The position numbers were made by a program, and so were the translations under genes. From the IMG/VR virus record IMGVR_UViG_3300002026_000087: a stretch of DNA of 36,476 bases; one strand, written 5' to 3'. Below are positions 8,240 to 18,837 of this stretch, one piece after another. A model generated the notes under the pieces. It was not told the origin of the DNA. It worked only from the letters and a program-made list of their open reading frames with translations, and made no database searches. This stretch comes from a virus. The stretch's first letter is position 1. The number at the start of each line of letters is the position of its first letter.

Positions 8240-8584
8240 TTATGCTCCTATAGATGCTGCTTTAATATAAGCGTTTAAGGTTCCAGTTCCTGCGCTAGAA
8301 GCATAGGTTAACTTGATATATTTAAAATCTATTTCAGTTATAATTATAGCAATATCATCCCCTGTAGCAAGAGCTGCCAGAGGCGCTATATCCAATTCAG
8401 TCCATAGTATTTTATCGTCTGACGACCATGCGTGAAATGATCCACTTAAACTAGTTCCTGTATATACAGCAATGTAACGGCAATGATCACATTGCTCGAC
8501 ATCGGTAATTATACTAGTTAAATTACCTGACATATCCCCTGCGGTAATTACTTGATACCGGTTTGTAACGTGCTTCCTGCTCAT
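8240..8584 (-). CDS. Small beta-rich structural protein, 114 aa (paralog of 29314..29646)
   Basis: Shares a pattern with the 110-aa protein: TS..I..E.C, L.G.F....S.D.I.W.E, Y.K......G..TL. Confidence 0.6.
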   Translation of the reverse strand: MSRKHVTNRYQVITAGDMSGNLTSIITDVEQCDHCRYIAVYTGTSLSGSFHAWSSDDKILWTELDIAPLAALATGDDIAIIITEIDFKYIKLTYASSAGTGTLNAYIKAASIGA

Positions 8585-8623
8585 GACTTCCCCTTTGTAA
8601 GTTAATCGGTGTTACCCGAATAG

Positions 8624-11341
8624 TTAGTGACGATTCATAACCCTATTAACGTCACTTGTTGTATCTTCTGCGTGTGTGAATTTATAATTTTTTGGAGTTG
8701 GCATCTGTGATTGCATACCCCCGTCTTGTGCTGCTGCTGTTTTAAAATTTGCTTGATAAGCAGCGAGTTTAGTAAGGCTATTATCTATATCTCTAGTTCC
8801 TAGCAATATCCCTAATTGCACCTTCTGATTATAGGACAACTTAGATAAATCATTACTAGCGGCATGTTTTACCACTCGATTTTTTACTTGATTGTAAAAT
8901 TTAGGATAAACTACGGTCAACGCATCTACTTGCTCTTTGGTTAGTTTACCCTTTTGGAAGTCCTCCATAATAGAGAATGGATTCTCTACAGTTTTAGCTA
9001 TTCTGTTAAACTTAGATAACTGAGCGTCGTTAGGATGCCATTTCTTTTTAATCACACCTGGAGGATTTGGATCTTTCGGCATCATATCGTAAAGATATTT
9101 CAGTGCTTGTTGCATCTGTTGCTGATAAATGGCAGCAATCTGAGGGGCGCCATTATTCGACAGTGCCGAGCTAAATGCTATAGTCGCTTGGTTAGCTTGC
9201 GGGTTAAGGTTTAACTCTGATAACTTATCGCTAACCTTCTGGAAGTTTTGCTTGTGATCATGATCATCCTCATGACCATGGAGTAATCTTGATAGACCGC
9301 TAGTGATGGTTTGAGTGCCTGTTGGACCTTTGTATACCTCTTTGCCTATTAATACATTATCAACTTGATCAAGTTTCTTTGCTACGTTTCGGAGACCTCT
9401 TTCAATCATAGGAAGAGCAGAGCGTCCTATGTTCGATTTTACTAGTCCATATCTCCCAATATCTCTTACCTGTAGACCTACATTTAATATATTCTGATAG
9501 TCTATTCCTTTAGGCGTTCCAGATGGGCCTATCTGTTTAGGCAGCGCTTTGTATATCACTGTCTTTAAATCAGCGATCTTTTGTGCATACCCATCTCCCC
9601 ACATCATTTTTTTTACTTCTGCAGGGATGGCCTCCATTTGGGTTATAAAGTTTTTAACGTTTAATTCTTGTCCAGTTAAACTCTTCGCATAAATGCTTGC
9701 CATCTTTTGAGATTTTAATTCCTCAAATATATCCGGGAAATCTTTTTTTATAGTTTGCAATCTTGATATCTCGGAAACATTAAATAATTTTTCAGTGAAT
9801 TTGCCGGTTTCAACTCCTGAACTGACTTTATCTAGTATTTCACCATAACTCTTAGATTTTTTTCCTCCTAGTGCTTTATCAACCGGAGCAAACCTTTGCA
9901 TTCCTTCTCTATATTCAGCGTCTGCACTTAACCATGTCTTTTTTGCTTCTATTTTATTAGGAAAAGTATCAGGAAGATTATCTATAGCATCTCCCATTTT
10001 ATTTTTTAATAATTGGTTTATCTCTGAAATAGTCGCTATATCACCACGAGTAGTTGATCCACCTACTAACCCTGAAATCTCCTGTCTTGCTGCCTTCGCT
10101 GTAGAAAAATCAGTAATATTATTTACCATTCCTACTATCTGTTTACGAATCCCTGTTGGGCTAACTTTATAATGAGGATCTTCTGTTATTTCTTTGATGA
10201 TATCGTTTTTAACTTTTTCACTAAAAGGAACATTGGCAAGATTATCGTCCACCCATTCATATTTTTTTTGAAAACTTGCCTGTCTATCTATCATTTCAGC
10301 TGCTAGTTTTTTTTGGACCTCGTCCCCACTCTCCTTTAATGTGATAGCAGCTTTTTCAGAAAGCATACTTTCAGCTTCAGCTTTTGCCCTGTCAACGATA
10401 CTATTTATTTCTTTACTTATCTGCGCTCCAGGGACACTTGGTGATTGTGCCAAAGAAGATACTTGCCCTCTTAATATCTCATTACCGGACGTCATCCATG
10501 GTTGTTCCGGTATTTCCATCCTTCCAAGTGCTGCCTTTATTTCGGGAGCATCTTTAGAGGGAACATTCTTCATTATTTGTTCATATAAAGAATCACCCTC
10601 TCCAAGCCCTTGATCTTTTGCCATCTTTGCTAATTCATTGTCGGTAGGCCGTACTCCTAATTTTTCCCCTACCCATTTAGAAGCTGCTGCACTCTTATTC
10701 AATCCCTTAGAGGCAAGATTCAACCCTCCACCAACAGCGCCACCTATCAACCCACCAGCAAGTAACGATTCCGCCGCTTGATCATAGTCCTTGAAGTATG
10801 CCTCCGTCGCTGCCTGAGGTGCCGCCATCAGCACGCCCTCCGCCCCTGTCCTAGCAATAGTACTCGCGAGTCCAGCGCCAGTGGTAGTTGCCGCTTTAGC
10901 ACTTAGATTTACCCCTGCATCTATAGCAGCATTTCCTAATCTATTAGCAATTAATTTCCCAACTGCTCCAGTTGCAGCACTAGTTAAAGGACCTCCATAC
11001 GCCATAGATCCAGCGAATCCTGCGACTCCACCAATAATATTGGCGATATTATGCTCTTTCTTTAATGCCTCTCTTTTTGCCTTCTCAAGATCTGTGTCAC
11101 TATAATCTCTAATGGTTTCAGGTACGTTAAACGCCAGCTGATTTAACAGCTGATCTATACCAACTTTAACCGATCCCTTTAAATCTTTATTCTCTAATAT
11201 GTAGTCATTAACTGCATGATCATCTGGAGTAGCAGTCCTATATCCTAACCCTAACGCCTTATTTACTTCATCGTTAGATACTGTGACTAACTTGCCGTCA
11301 GGGTTAATTAAATAAGTGTCACTGGTTTGTGTTTGTGCCAT
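8624..11341 (-). CDS. Internal virion / DNA-ejection protein, 905 aa (T7 gp16-position analog)
   Basis: Gly/Ala-rich hydrophobic segments (IIGGVAGFAGSMAYGG, LAGGLIGGAVGGGLN). It is the third of three consecutive genes after the nozzle gene. Confidence 0.55.
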   Translation of the reverse strand: MAQTQTSDTYLINPDGKLVTVSNDEVNKALGLGYRTATPDDHAVNDYILENKDLKGSVKVGIDQLLNQLAFNVPETIRDYSDTDLEKAKREALKKEHNIANIIGGVAGFAGSMAYGGPLTSAATGAVGKLIANRLGNAAIDAGVNLSAKAATTTGAGLASTIARTGAEGVLMAAPQAATEAYFKDYDQAAESLLAGGLIGGAVGGGLNLASKGLNKSAAASKWVGEKLGVRPTDNELAKMAKDQGLGEGDSLYEQIMKNVPSKDAPEIKAALGRMEIPEQPWMTSGNEILRGQVSSLAQSPSVPGAQISKEINSIVDRAKAEAESMLSEKAAITLKESGDEVQKKLAAEMIDRQASFQKKYEWVDDNLANVPFSEKVKNDIIKEITEDPHYKVSPTGIRKQIVGMVNNITDFSTAKAARQEISGLVGGSTTRGDIATISEINQLLKNKMGDAIDNLPDTFPNKIEAKKTWLSADAEYREGMQRFAPVDKALGGKKSKSYGEILDKVSSGVETGKFTEKLFNVSEISRLQTIKKDFPDIFEELKSQKMASIYAKSLTGQELNVKNFITQMEAIPAEVKKMMWGDGYAQKIADLKTVIYKALPKQIGPSGTPKGIDYQNILNVGLQVRDIGRYGLVKSNIGRSALPMIERGLRNVAKKLDQVDNVLIGKEVYKGPTGTQTITSGLSRLLHGHEDDHDHKQNFQKVSDKLSELNLNPQANQATIAFSSALSNNGAPQIAAIYQQQMQQALKYLYDMMPKDPNPPGVIKKKWHPNDAQLSKFNRIAKTVENPFSIMEDFQKGKLTKEQVDALTVVYPKFYNQVKNRVVKHAASNDLSKLSYNQKVQLGILLGTRDIDNSLTKLAAYQANFKTAAAQDGGMQSQMPTPKNYKFTHAEDTTSDVNRVMNRH

Positions 11342-12690
11342 TATTTTTTCCCTGTTTTAGTTTCCACTGGTTTTTCTGATACTACTTGGTTATAAGTTGG
11401 GTCTACTTTTAATCCTGCTACTTTTGCTTCAGCTTGTGCTTTCCTAGTAATTGCATTCTTAAGAGTTTTCAATCTAGCTTTATTGGTTGCATTGAATATT
11501 TCAGAAGGATCAGCAATGACTGAATCTAATATTTTCCATTCAGATTCACTTACCGCTCCGGGACCTACTAAAAAAGTACGTAAACTACCTTTGAGAATAT
11601 CTTTTAATGTCTGTGCTTCAGCTCTTATATCTTTAAAAGGAGCGGTTCTATCTATCTGTTCTAACCTGTCGATTGTATTTAAACTCGACATAGCATCCGC
11701 TGCTGTAGTCTTAATCTTATCTTGATATGCAGTCCCCCCTCTGATTAATCCATAATATCCCGGACCCTCTACGTACCTATTCTGATCCTCAACAGGCAAT
11801 CTACTTACCATTTGCTCTCTAGTTGTCGCTCCCGGAGAAAAATAATCTCTTATTCCTTGCATCTGAGCAGTCTGCACAGCATCCGATAAAAACTTCGCCT
11901 TCGCTTGATCTAACTGACCAATTGCCATATCCGCCTGTGCTTTCACTTTAGGATCAGCAGACTTTGCTGCTGCCATAGATAATTGGTTTTGCACATTAGT
12001 AGATGCAATTGCTCGATACGCATTTTCTGCTGACTGCATACTACCTAGTTGAGACCTTAGTTCTCCTAGCAATCCTTTAGTTTGAGTGATCCTACCGCCT
12101 GCTTTCTCTATGTTAGCTTTTTGACTAGCAATATCTCTATCAATAGCATCGTCTATAATCTTGAGTGCATTGTTTTGACCACCACCTAGTCCACCTAGGA
12201 ATATACTGATCCCTGCTAGAATTTTACTCCCAGTGCCACGATCCTCCCAAAACTTTTCATTATTGACTCCCATCTTGCCATACTCTTCATCTAGGCCCTT
12301 AAGCTTGACAGTAGTTGCCTCTAGCTCTTTTTGTTTAGCTATCTGTTCATCTTGGATCTTTTTAATTCTCTCATTATTTGCTCTAATATCTTCAGGCTTC
12401 ATCAACACATCATTAAGTGCTTGTCTGGTTGCTTCGTTCTGACCTAGGGATGCTTGCTCTAATCCTGTTATTGCTCCTTTCTGCTTATCAAATGCTTGCA
12501 TCTGTAATGCTAGCGGATTAGGTGCTACAGGTTGCTCTACTGCTGTACCTGGAGCTAATGTTGGTTCTAATGGTAAGCTCACATCTGTGGGGGTAGGTAC
12601 TGCCATTGGAGCTTGCACTTCAGGAAGTGTATTTAATGCCATTGGAGCTTGGAATTCTTCAAGTGGATCTATATTGAATTGATCTATCAT
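11341..12690 (-). CDS. Internal virion protein, 449 aa (gp15-position analog)
   Basis: Coiled-coil-rich with one Gly-rich hydrophobic segment (ILAGISIFLGGLGGG). Its stop overlaps the next start. Confidence 0.5.
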   Translation of the reverse strand: MIDQFNIDPLEEFQAPMALNTLPEVQAPMAVPTPTDVSLPLEPTLAPGTAVEQPVAPNPLALQMQAFDKQKGAITGLEQASLGQNEATRQALNDVLMKPEDIRANNERIKKIQDEQIAKQKELEATTVKLKGLDEEYGKMGVNNEKFWEDRGTGSKILAGISIFLGGLGGGQNNALKIIDDAIDRDIASQKANIEKAGGRITQTKGLLGELRSQLGSMQSAENAYRAIASTNVQNQLSMAAAKSADPKVKAQADMAIGQLDQAKAKFLSDAVQTAQMQGIRDYFSPGATTREQMVSRLPVEDQNRYVEGPGYYGLIRGGTAYQDKIKTTAADAMSSLNTIDRLEQIDRTAPFKDIRAEAQTLKDILKGSLRTFLVGPGAVSESEWKILDSVIADPSEIFNATNKARLKTLKNAITRKAQAEAKVAGLKVDPTYNQVVSEKPVETKTGKK

Positions 12691-12713
12691 TTTAATTCTC
12701 CTTTGTATTATTC

Positions 12714-13676
12714 TTATGCCATTGCAGCAGCTGCACTACCCATTGATCCATATAACTTACCCATAGCTGCTTGATTCGCTTGGTTAGCTGTATTGATTGT
12801 ATTCGCTTGCCCTGTTGCCAGCTGAACTCCCATTTGTTGCTGAGCTATTTTGGCCTGTCGGTCTCTTTCAGCTTGATCAAGCATCGCTTGTTGATAGTAC
12901 TTGACCATATCTTGTTGCAACTGTTGTTGAGCTAAAGTATTTTGAGCTGCTTGTTGACCTGCAGTTAAATTCATTTGCTGAGCATTTTGAGTCGCCTGAA
13001 CTTGTTGCTGCTGAGAAGTTAGGTCTTGTCCTCTAGTTCCCGATAGCAATCCAGCTAATGCATTCTGAGTCGCTAGTTGTTGCTGTTGTTGAGCAATTCC
13101 CTCTTGTGCTCTTAAAGCAGATGTATCAGCAACGTTTTGCTGTTGAATCCCTGCGCCTGCTTGACCTGCTAACCTAGCACCTAATCCAGCATTAACCCCT
13201 CTATTGGAGGCTATAGCTGCTGCCTGCTGCTTAACTGCATCTTCTGATCCCTTTTGCATTTGCATTTCTGCTAATGATGGTCCAACTTGTCCACCTGCTG
13301 CTTGGGATTGAAGCATTTGAGAAAGTGCTAATTGCTGTTGTCTCGCTTGATCTTGCTGAGGATTAAATGTTGGCATTGCAACTTGTTGAGCTTGCTGTGC
13401 TTGTTTTTGTGCCATTTGTACTTGCATTGCTTGCTGTAGTGCCGCTCTATCTTGATCACTATTTTGATTTTTAAATGCTTCTGGATCAATATTGTAATCA
13501 ATCTTAGCAGCAGGACTGGTTAATCCAAGTCCTTGTCCTAAACCTCCAGTTATACTACCTAGAATTCCACCGCCTGCTTTACCAATATCTCCACCCATTC
13601 CACCCGTAAATGGCAGTGTAGTAATAGCACCTATTGGATTTAATAATGCCCCACCTATATCACTAAATATTCCCAT
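12714..13676 (-). CDS. Gln/Gly-rich internal virion protein, 320 aa (start moved to ATG 13676)
   Basis: AAGGAG-N6-ATG at 13676. The track start at 13721 lies inside the upstream gene. The protein has a Gly-rich N-terminus and long Q/A low-complexity stretches. Confidence 0.55.
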   Translation of the reverse strand: MGIFSDIGGALLNPIGAITTLPFTGGMGGDIGKAGGGILGSITGGLGQGLGLTSPAAKIDYNIDPEAFKNQNSDQDRAALQQAMQVQMAQKQAQQAQQVAMPTFNPQQDQARQQQLALSQMLQSQAAGGQVGPSLAEMQMQKGSEDAVKQQAAAIASNRGVNAGLGARLAGQAGAGIQQQNVADTSALRAQEGIAQQQQQLATQNALAGLLSGTRGQDLTSQQQQVQATQNAQQMNLTAGQQAAQNTLAQQQLQQDMVKYYQQAMLDQAERDRQAKIAQQQMGVQLATGQANTINTANQANQAAMGKLYGSMGSAAAAMA

Positions 13677-13686
13677 ATATATCTCC

Positions 13687-16600
13687 TTAGACGTTTTTAA
13701 TTTTTGGTACTTTAAATGCACCTTTCTTTATTCCTAATACAAGAGTCAATGCAGTTATATTCATAGAAGAGCCTTCCGTGACGTCTTTATTGAAATCAGA
13801 AAATTCATATCTGATAGACTGGCACTTTTGAATCGCATTGTTTATCTTGAACTGATAGAGGGAGTCGCCACCGCCAAAAAATCCTGGAGTACCGAAAACA
13901 ACGTCACTACCAAATAGATTAATAGGCAATGCAACTCTAGTGTCTATGCTATAAGATTCTCTCCATTCACTTCCATAGTTATACCCAATTTTAATACGTA
14001 GACTATGTTCGGAATTCAGTTGACCTATTAAAACTGCCTCATAGATTCGCTGGAATCCTTGTACACCTGCTGTTTTTATCCATGGGGTAACTAGTCTCAT
14101 TTGTACATTTGTACCATTATCTAGGTATGTACTCTTATTTTCTTTATCAACTACCCCACTCTCCCTAGCTATAACATAACCGCCATTCCATCTACGTGAA
14201 GAAACACACTTATAGTTGGTAAATATTCCCCACTGTCCAATATAGTAATCATAAACCACGCACTGCCCGTCGGAGTGGGTGAAGCGAATTTGATTAGTCT
14301 CATCTATTAATACCGCCCCTGAACAAGTTAGGTCGTTAAATGCTTCAGCTGGAGCACCTACGTATGATATTTGAAGCGCTCTATCTAGCTGATAATAACC
14401 TTTTTTAGACTTAAAGAGAAGGCCGTGAGGAAATATAATTGCTGATTTATGGGATATACATCCTGTATCAGTTGCTAATGCTTGAGGGATACCTATATCG
14501 TTATTAAATCCTGTATCGGTAGGACCAGAAGCTGTTTGGATATAAATATTATTATCTTTAAAGAAAACTATCTTTTCGTCTAGCTGTGCGATTGAAGTTA
14601 TGCCTCTTTTGCCTTGATCTATTCTAGTAGTGATCAAGTCACTGAAGTTCACTGCCTCATTAGCTGAGAATTGACGACTATACCAGATTTCGTTGGGATC
14701 TTCTAATCCTGCTAGTACTAGTCGGTTATTGTATACGTATGGGATTGTAGCACTTGGTGGTGGGATGTTTTCTAATACTCCACCTGTGGTATATAGGAGT
14801 TCGTTGCCTATTAAAGCGGAATCGGCAATATTATCGGCGAATGCTACGGTATCAGCAGTCTTGACACTTAAAGTTGGGGAGCTTATTGAAGTTACCCTAT
14901 AGAATACTGTACCTGCTGCTACGGTTCTATATGTGATTATGGCGACATTAGTTCTTGATGTTAACCGGAGAGTGGGAATTACGAAGTCCACATGGCTTGT
15001 GCCACCTGCAGTTGTATAGGTCACTGGAAGGCTTGGAGCACTCCTATGGATCTGTCCTTGAGCATCTGTCCATTCATAGGTAAAACACCACTGTCTGACG
15101 CCTGCGACTAGGGTTCCACCTGTATCATCAACTGTTCCTACTGCTCCCTCGGGATATAGGTTATACCCTGCCTCTACTAGGTTTACGCCGTCATAGATAA
15201 GCAGCATACCTGCGCCTATATGGAGGTTTAATCCAAGTTGGGCAGTGTTGAATATGTTAGATGTATCAAAATTAAAAGTAACTCGAGAAATACCATTATT
15301 AGAGAATATAACACCACTTTCCGAGCTAAGTTTCGTTTTGATAACATTTGCGAAGATCCAATTATATGTGGATACGTTCATCACGTTACACAAAGAAAAG
15401 TCTTTGGTATTTAATCCACCTGAGTTTTGGTAAGAGATTCTGTTTATTACTTCTGAAGTAAATAGAGTACTATTAAATTTTACTAGATAGCTAGTGGATT
15501 GATAGGTGCTTTTGTGTCCAGCGACTATATATAAATCATAGGTTGGAGTAGTAAGAAGAGATCCTGCAACGCCTAGGAATACTTTCGACAACAACCCTAC
15601 GCCTTTAAGGACTAAATATACACTTCCAGCGACACCTGTTCTAGTTATACTCGAAGTGTTTATATAATTTAAATCAGCAGTAGCGGCCTCTAGCTCCCAA
15701 AAAACCCTTACTGATTGTATGCTGTCATTTATTAAAGTAATGTTTCTAGTTGGGAGAGCAGGAGATGAGATAAGAATAGCACCATGAGAGACAGTTAAGT
15801 TTGTATTTAAAACAAGACCATATAATTTATTATCAGCGGTAAGTGTATATGCAACGTAAATACCATCATAGGTTACATCACCGTTATAATAAGATGTTAT
15901 TGCTACGGCATCTACAGCAAGAGCAATAGTTACTGCTGCCTCAAAGCCATCAATTACTCCTGCTACTTTACCATCCGATTTTAGAAATCCTACAGTAAAA
16001 GTACCTGCAACGTTTTTATATACAAGGACATTATTGTTACCATATTTTGCTATGTCGTAAGAAGCAGCAGCATTGATGTTATTAACGACTACACCCATCG
16101 CACTAAATCCAGCGGTAGGATTTCCACTAGTAAGTCTACTACATAATAAGTCAGCACCTACTATATACCATACTAGTAAATAACCGTTCACATATGAGCA
16201 TTTAGGCATTACCCCTGTTGCTGATATAACGACATGGTTAATAAGAATTAACCCGGTATCTTGATCAACTACTGTCGCTCTAATCCCTCCTGCGCTATCT
16301 TCATATGCATACATTGTCACGCCTGCATAGCTGGCAATATCAGGTACACTTTGAGAATAGATATTCCTTATTAGCGCTAGTGAATCTAGGGAAACTCCCC
16401 CTATCTTTGCTTTCTCTATCCATGTATCATTTGCTTCTGAGTATGAGTAAAAGCTAGTATCATCAATCAAACATAATTCGTTTTGAAATACTGTTAATGA
16501 TTTAGCGTTATCAATAGTTACTCCTGCTCCGTCAGTTTTACCTAACGACGTTAGTCCATATCTCTTCTTTAACTGTCCAACAGAGGTAAATACTGCATTC

Positions 16601-16698
16601 TCTAACTCTAGTAGATTCTCTGATACAAGTTTGGGATCACTTTTCGTATCGATACCTGTCCCGAGTGGTATTGTTGTTGTTTGTTTTTCTAATGGCAT
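13687..16698 (-). CDS. Large tail protein, 1003 aa (nozzle / tubular-B-position analog)
   Basis: Size, beta-rich composition, and position immediately before the three internal-protein genes, as in T7-order podoviruses. Confidence 0.55.
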   Translation of the reverse strand: MPLEKQTTTIPLGTGIDTKSDPKLVSENLLELENAVFTSVGQLKKRYGLTSLGKTDGAGVTIDNAKSLTVFQNELCLIDDTSFYSYSEANDTWIEKAKIGGVSLDSLALIRNIYSQSVPDIASYAGVTMYAYEDSAGGIRATVVDQDTGLILINHVVISATGVMPKCSYVNGYLLVWYIVGADLLCSRLTSGNPTAGFSAMGVVVNNINAAASYDIAKYGNNNVLVYKNVAGTFTVGFLKSDGKVAGVIDGFEAAVTIALAVDAVAITSYYNGDVTYDGIYVAYTLTADNKLYGLVLNTNLTVSHGAILISSPALPTRNITLINDSIQSVRVFWELEAATADLNYINTSSITRTGVAGSVYLVLKGVGLLSKVFLGVAGSLLTTPTYDLYIVAGHKSTYQSTSYLVKFNSTLFTSEVINRISYQNSGGLNTKDFSLCNVMNVSTYNWIFANVIKTKLSSESGVIFSNNGISRVTFNFDTSNIFNTAQLGLNLHIGAGMLLIYDGVNLVEAGYNLYPEGAVGTVDDTGGTLVAGVRQWCFTYEWTDAQGQIHRSAPSLPVTYTTAGGTSHVDFVIPTLRLTSRTNVAIITYRTVAAGTVFYRVTSISSPTLSVKTADTVAFADNIADSALIGNELLYTTGGVLENIPPPSATIPYVYNNRLVLAGLEDPNEIWYSRQFSANEAVNFSDLITTRIDQGKRGITSIAQLDEKIVFFKDNNIYIQTASGPTDTGFNNDIGIPQALATDTGCISHKSAIIFPHGLLFKSKKGYYQLDRALQISYVGAPAEAFNDLTCSGAVLIDETNQIRFTHSDGQCVVYDYYIGQWGIFTNYKCVSSRRWNGGYVIARESGVVDKENKSTYLDNGTNVQMRLVTPWIKTAGVQGFQRIYEAVLIGQLNSEHSLRIKIGYNYGSEWRESYSIDTRVALPINLFGSDVVFGTPGFFGGGDSLYQFKINNAIQKCQSIRYEFSDFNKDVTEGSSMNITALTLVLGIKKGAFKVPKIKNV

Positions 16699-16700
16699 AA

Positions 16701-17831
16701 TTATATCTCGTAAGCTATAAGTCTAATCCTGCTTAATTCAAAATTATATGTATAAGTTGGATGTGTTGAAATCTTAAAGCTGTACGTATATGTGCCTGCA
16801 GCTGGAGTATCAATATAAAATATGCTTGTTGGTAAAGATATCCATACATAATTTGCGTCGGTTTCTTCAAAACCATTGCTACAAATTTCTGTAGCATCTC
16901 TAAAAAATTTCAATTGAGTATTATTGTCCCGAGTGGTCCCTGATATATTCTGTGTTCTTATAAAACTCCCATACCCACTACTTATCATTCCAGTTATTGC
17001 AACAAATACAGGTCTTCCTGTTGTTGTTAAACTTAAAGATAATATCTGGAAATTTGTTTTTGTGGCACCTTCTGAGGCATATGTACCAGTATAATCAGAA
17101 GATATTTGACCTAATGCTGATTTTTTTGCCGGAGTAACACTTCCATCTAATATTTTAATAGTAGTAACTTGAGAGTCTGCTATTTGCGCAGTTGTTACTT
17201 GTGCAGTTGATAATACTCCTGCTGAAGATACAATAAGAGGCAAACTACTAGCAGGAAGCGCAGTAGGTAATGTCAGGGCATAACTACCGCCTAGGCCTGT
17301 TGATGTTTTTAATTCTACTGAATTTCCACCTGATACTGCTTCAAATATTTTCAAGTTTCCAGTGTTAACCTTGGCATATATTCCAGTATTGCTAGTAAAA
17401 GTGAATGTTGTTGCAGCAGTTGAATAGGCAACACTAGCTGTACTGGTTGAATAATCTCCTCCAATAGTACCTATAGATGATAGGTTAATGCCTCCTGAGG
17501 CAGTTAGTTTAATCTGATTACCAGAGTTATCGTTATAGTAAAGTTCCCCTCCTGAGGCATATAGACATGTTGCTGTAGATCCTGCAATTGGAGCAACGTT
17601 GTTTAAACTTTTAAAATAGGAAGCATCGGTAATTCCATACTGTAGCATATTAAGATTTTGATTTACATTTAATGCCCCTAAGGTCAAAGAAGATCCTGAT
17701 CCTGTAGTATGCGTGTGACTATCTATCACGTTCATCGCAGTCACTATCTCAGTCGCCCATGCAGGGCCTACCTCTACACTTGGAACTGGAAGGATCATCC
17801 CCATTAATGGAGTTGTTGTTGTCGCTGTCAT
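16701..17831 (-). CDS. Tail fibre-like protein, 376 aa
   Basis: N-terminus LPVPSVEVGPAWATEIVTAMNVIDSHTHTTGSGSSL is a pattern common at fibre/spike N-termini. The remainder is Thr/Ser/Gly-rich. Confidence 0.6.
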   Translation of the reverse strand: MTATTTTPLMGMILPVPSVEVGPAWATEIVTAMNVIDSHTHTTGSGSSLTLGALNVNQNLNMLQYGITDASYFKSLNNVAPIAGSTATCLYASGGELYYNDNSGNQIKLTASGGINLSSIGTIGGDYSTSTASVAYSTAATTFTFTSNTGIYAKVNTGNLKIFEAVSGGNSVELKTSTGLGGSYALTLPTALPASSLPLIVSSAGVLSTAQVTTAQIADSQVTTIKILDGSVTPAKKSALGQISSDYTGTYASEGATKTNFQILSLSLTTTGRPVFVAITGMISSGYGSFIRTQNISGTTRDNNTQLKFFRDATEICSNGFEETDANYVWISLPTSIFYIDTPAAGTYTYSFKISTHPTYTYNFELSRIRLIAYEI

Positions 17832-17840
17832 ACTTCCCCT

Positions 17841-18158
17841 TTAAAATATATAGAGCGTAGTAGTCGCTGCAGCACTAGCTCTTAAGATTAGTTGTCTGTT
17901 TTTACTTGTGTTAACTGTCGGGCTTCGATATATCACACTGTCAGTATCAATATCTGTGACTACCCACCCTTGATAGTCACGTTGTAGTTTGTGTGAAATA
18001 ACGGTATCCCCGGTACCAATTAATATGGTAACGAAGATACCGTTAATAAACGGCGAGGTTGTTAAAGCATTTAGTACCTCTTCGGCATTTGATTGTAGCT
18101 TATTAACCTCGAAGTCAATTGAATAAACCTTTTTAAAATGTGGTATCATTAAAACCAT
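17841..18158 (-). CDS. Small virion protein, 105 aa
   Basis: ORF in the head-tail joining region. No specific motif recognised. Confidence 0.55.
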   Translation of the reverse strand: MVLMIPHFKKVYSIDFEVNKLQSNAEEVLNALTTSPFINGIFVTILIGTGDTVISHKLQRDYQGWVVTDIDTDSVIYRSPTVNTSKNRQLILRASAAATTTLYIF

Positions 18159-18835
18159 CCCCAGTATGGCATCGATCCGCCGAATCTATTAGATGAGTTA
18201 TTAACGTCGCCTATCCTGTCACCCATGCCTGCATCTCTATTAGATGCCATTGCTTCGATTCTTTGTTTAAGCGCTTGCTTCATCATCATTAAGGCAGACG
18301 GATCACTTTCTTCTTTAACCATACACTTGATGGCAGCATCCATGATAATGTACTCCTCAAAGTCCATTACGTCAGAGAGAACTGTAGAGTCTGCTGCTAG
18401 TGCTGTATAGCGTGGGATATACCACAACCTGTAACTACCTTCAGCTCTGTCTTCAGGGTAAAACAGTATCTTCTGCCCCATTAGACGGTAGTTAACTCCC
18501 ACTCTCCCAATAATCGACCTCGTCCTTGAGGTCATACGATTCCTCTCTACAAAGTTAAAGGGATAGATTGTCGACCACTGACCATCTAGGTTTAAATCTA
18601 TCCCTCTAATTTTATATAGGTCACTAGGGACTGCATATGAGTTGCTACCCGAAACAACAGAGAACAAAAGAGGATCTTTAATAAAGTAATCCTCAAACCT
18701 AGATACGAGTATATCGTATAGTTCGGCATATGAATTATTGATATAACCATTCATCTCAACGTCAGTAATAAACTGACTTGATTGTTGGTCCGACCTCTCT
18801 CTAACTTTCTCTCTTAATTCGGCAAGCGTCGTCAT
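18149..18835 (-). CDS. Putative head-tail adaptor, 228 aa
   Basis: N-terminus TLAELREKVRERSDQQSSQFITDVEMNGYINNSYAELYD is typical of connector/adaptor proteins. It lies downstream of the capsid genes. Confidence 0.5.
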   Translation of the reverse strand: MTTLAELREKVRERSDQQSSQFITDVEMNGYINNSYAELYDILVSRFEDYFIKDPLLFSVVSGSNSYAVPSDLYKIRGIDLNLDGQWSTIYPFNFVERNRMTSRTRSIIGRVGVNYRLMGQKILFYPEDRAEGSYRLWYIPRYTALAADSTVLSDVMDFEEYIIMDAAIKCMVKEESDPSALMMMKQALKQRIEAMASNRDAGMGDRIGDVNNSSNRFGGSMPYWGWF

Positions 18836-18837
18836 TA

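Noticed and set aside
8624-11341. The 905-aa protein as a tape measure protein (siphovirus or myovirus tail)
   Set aside because: No tail tube, sheath, chaperone-frameshift pair or baseplate genes are present. The gene order matches the podoviral nozzle plus three internal proteins.
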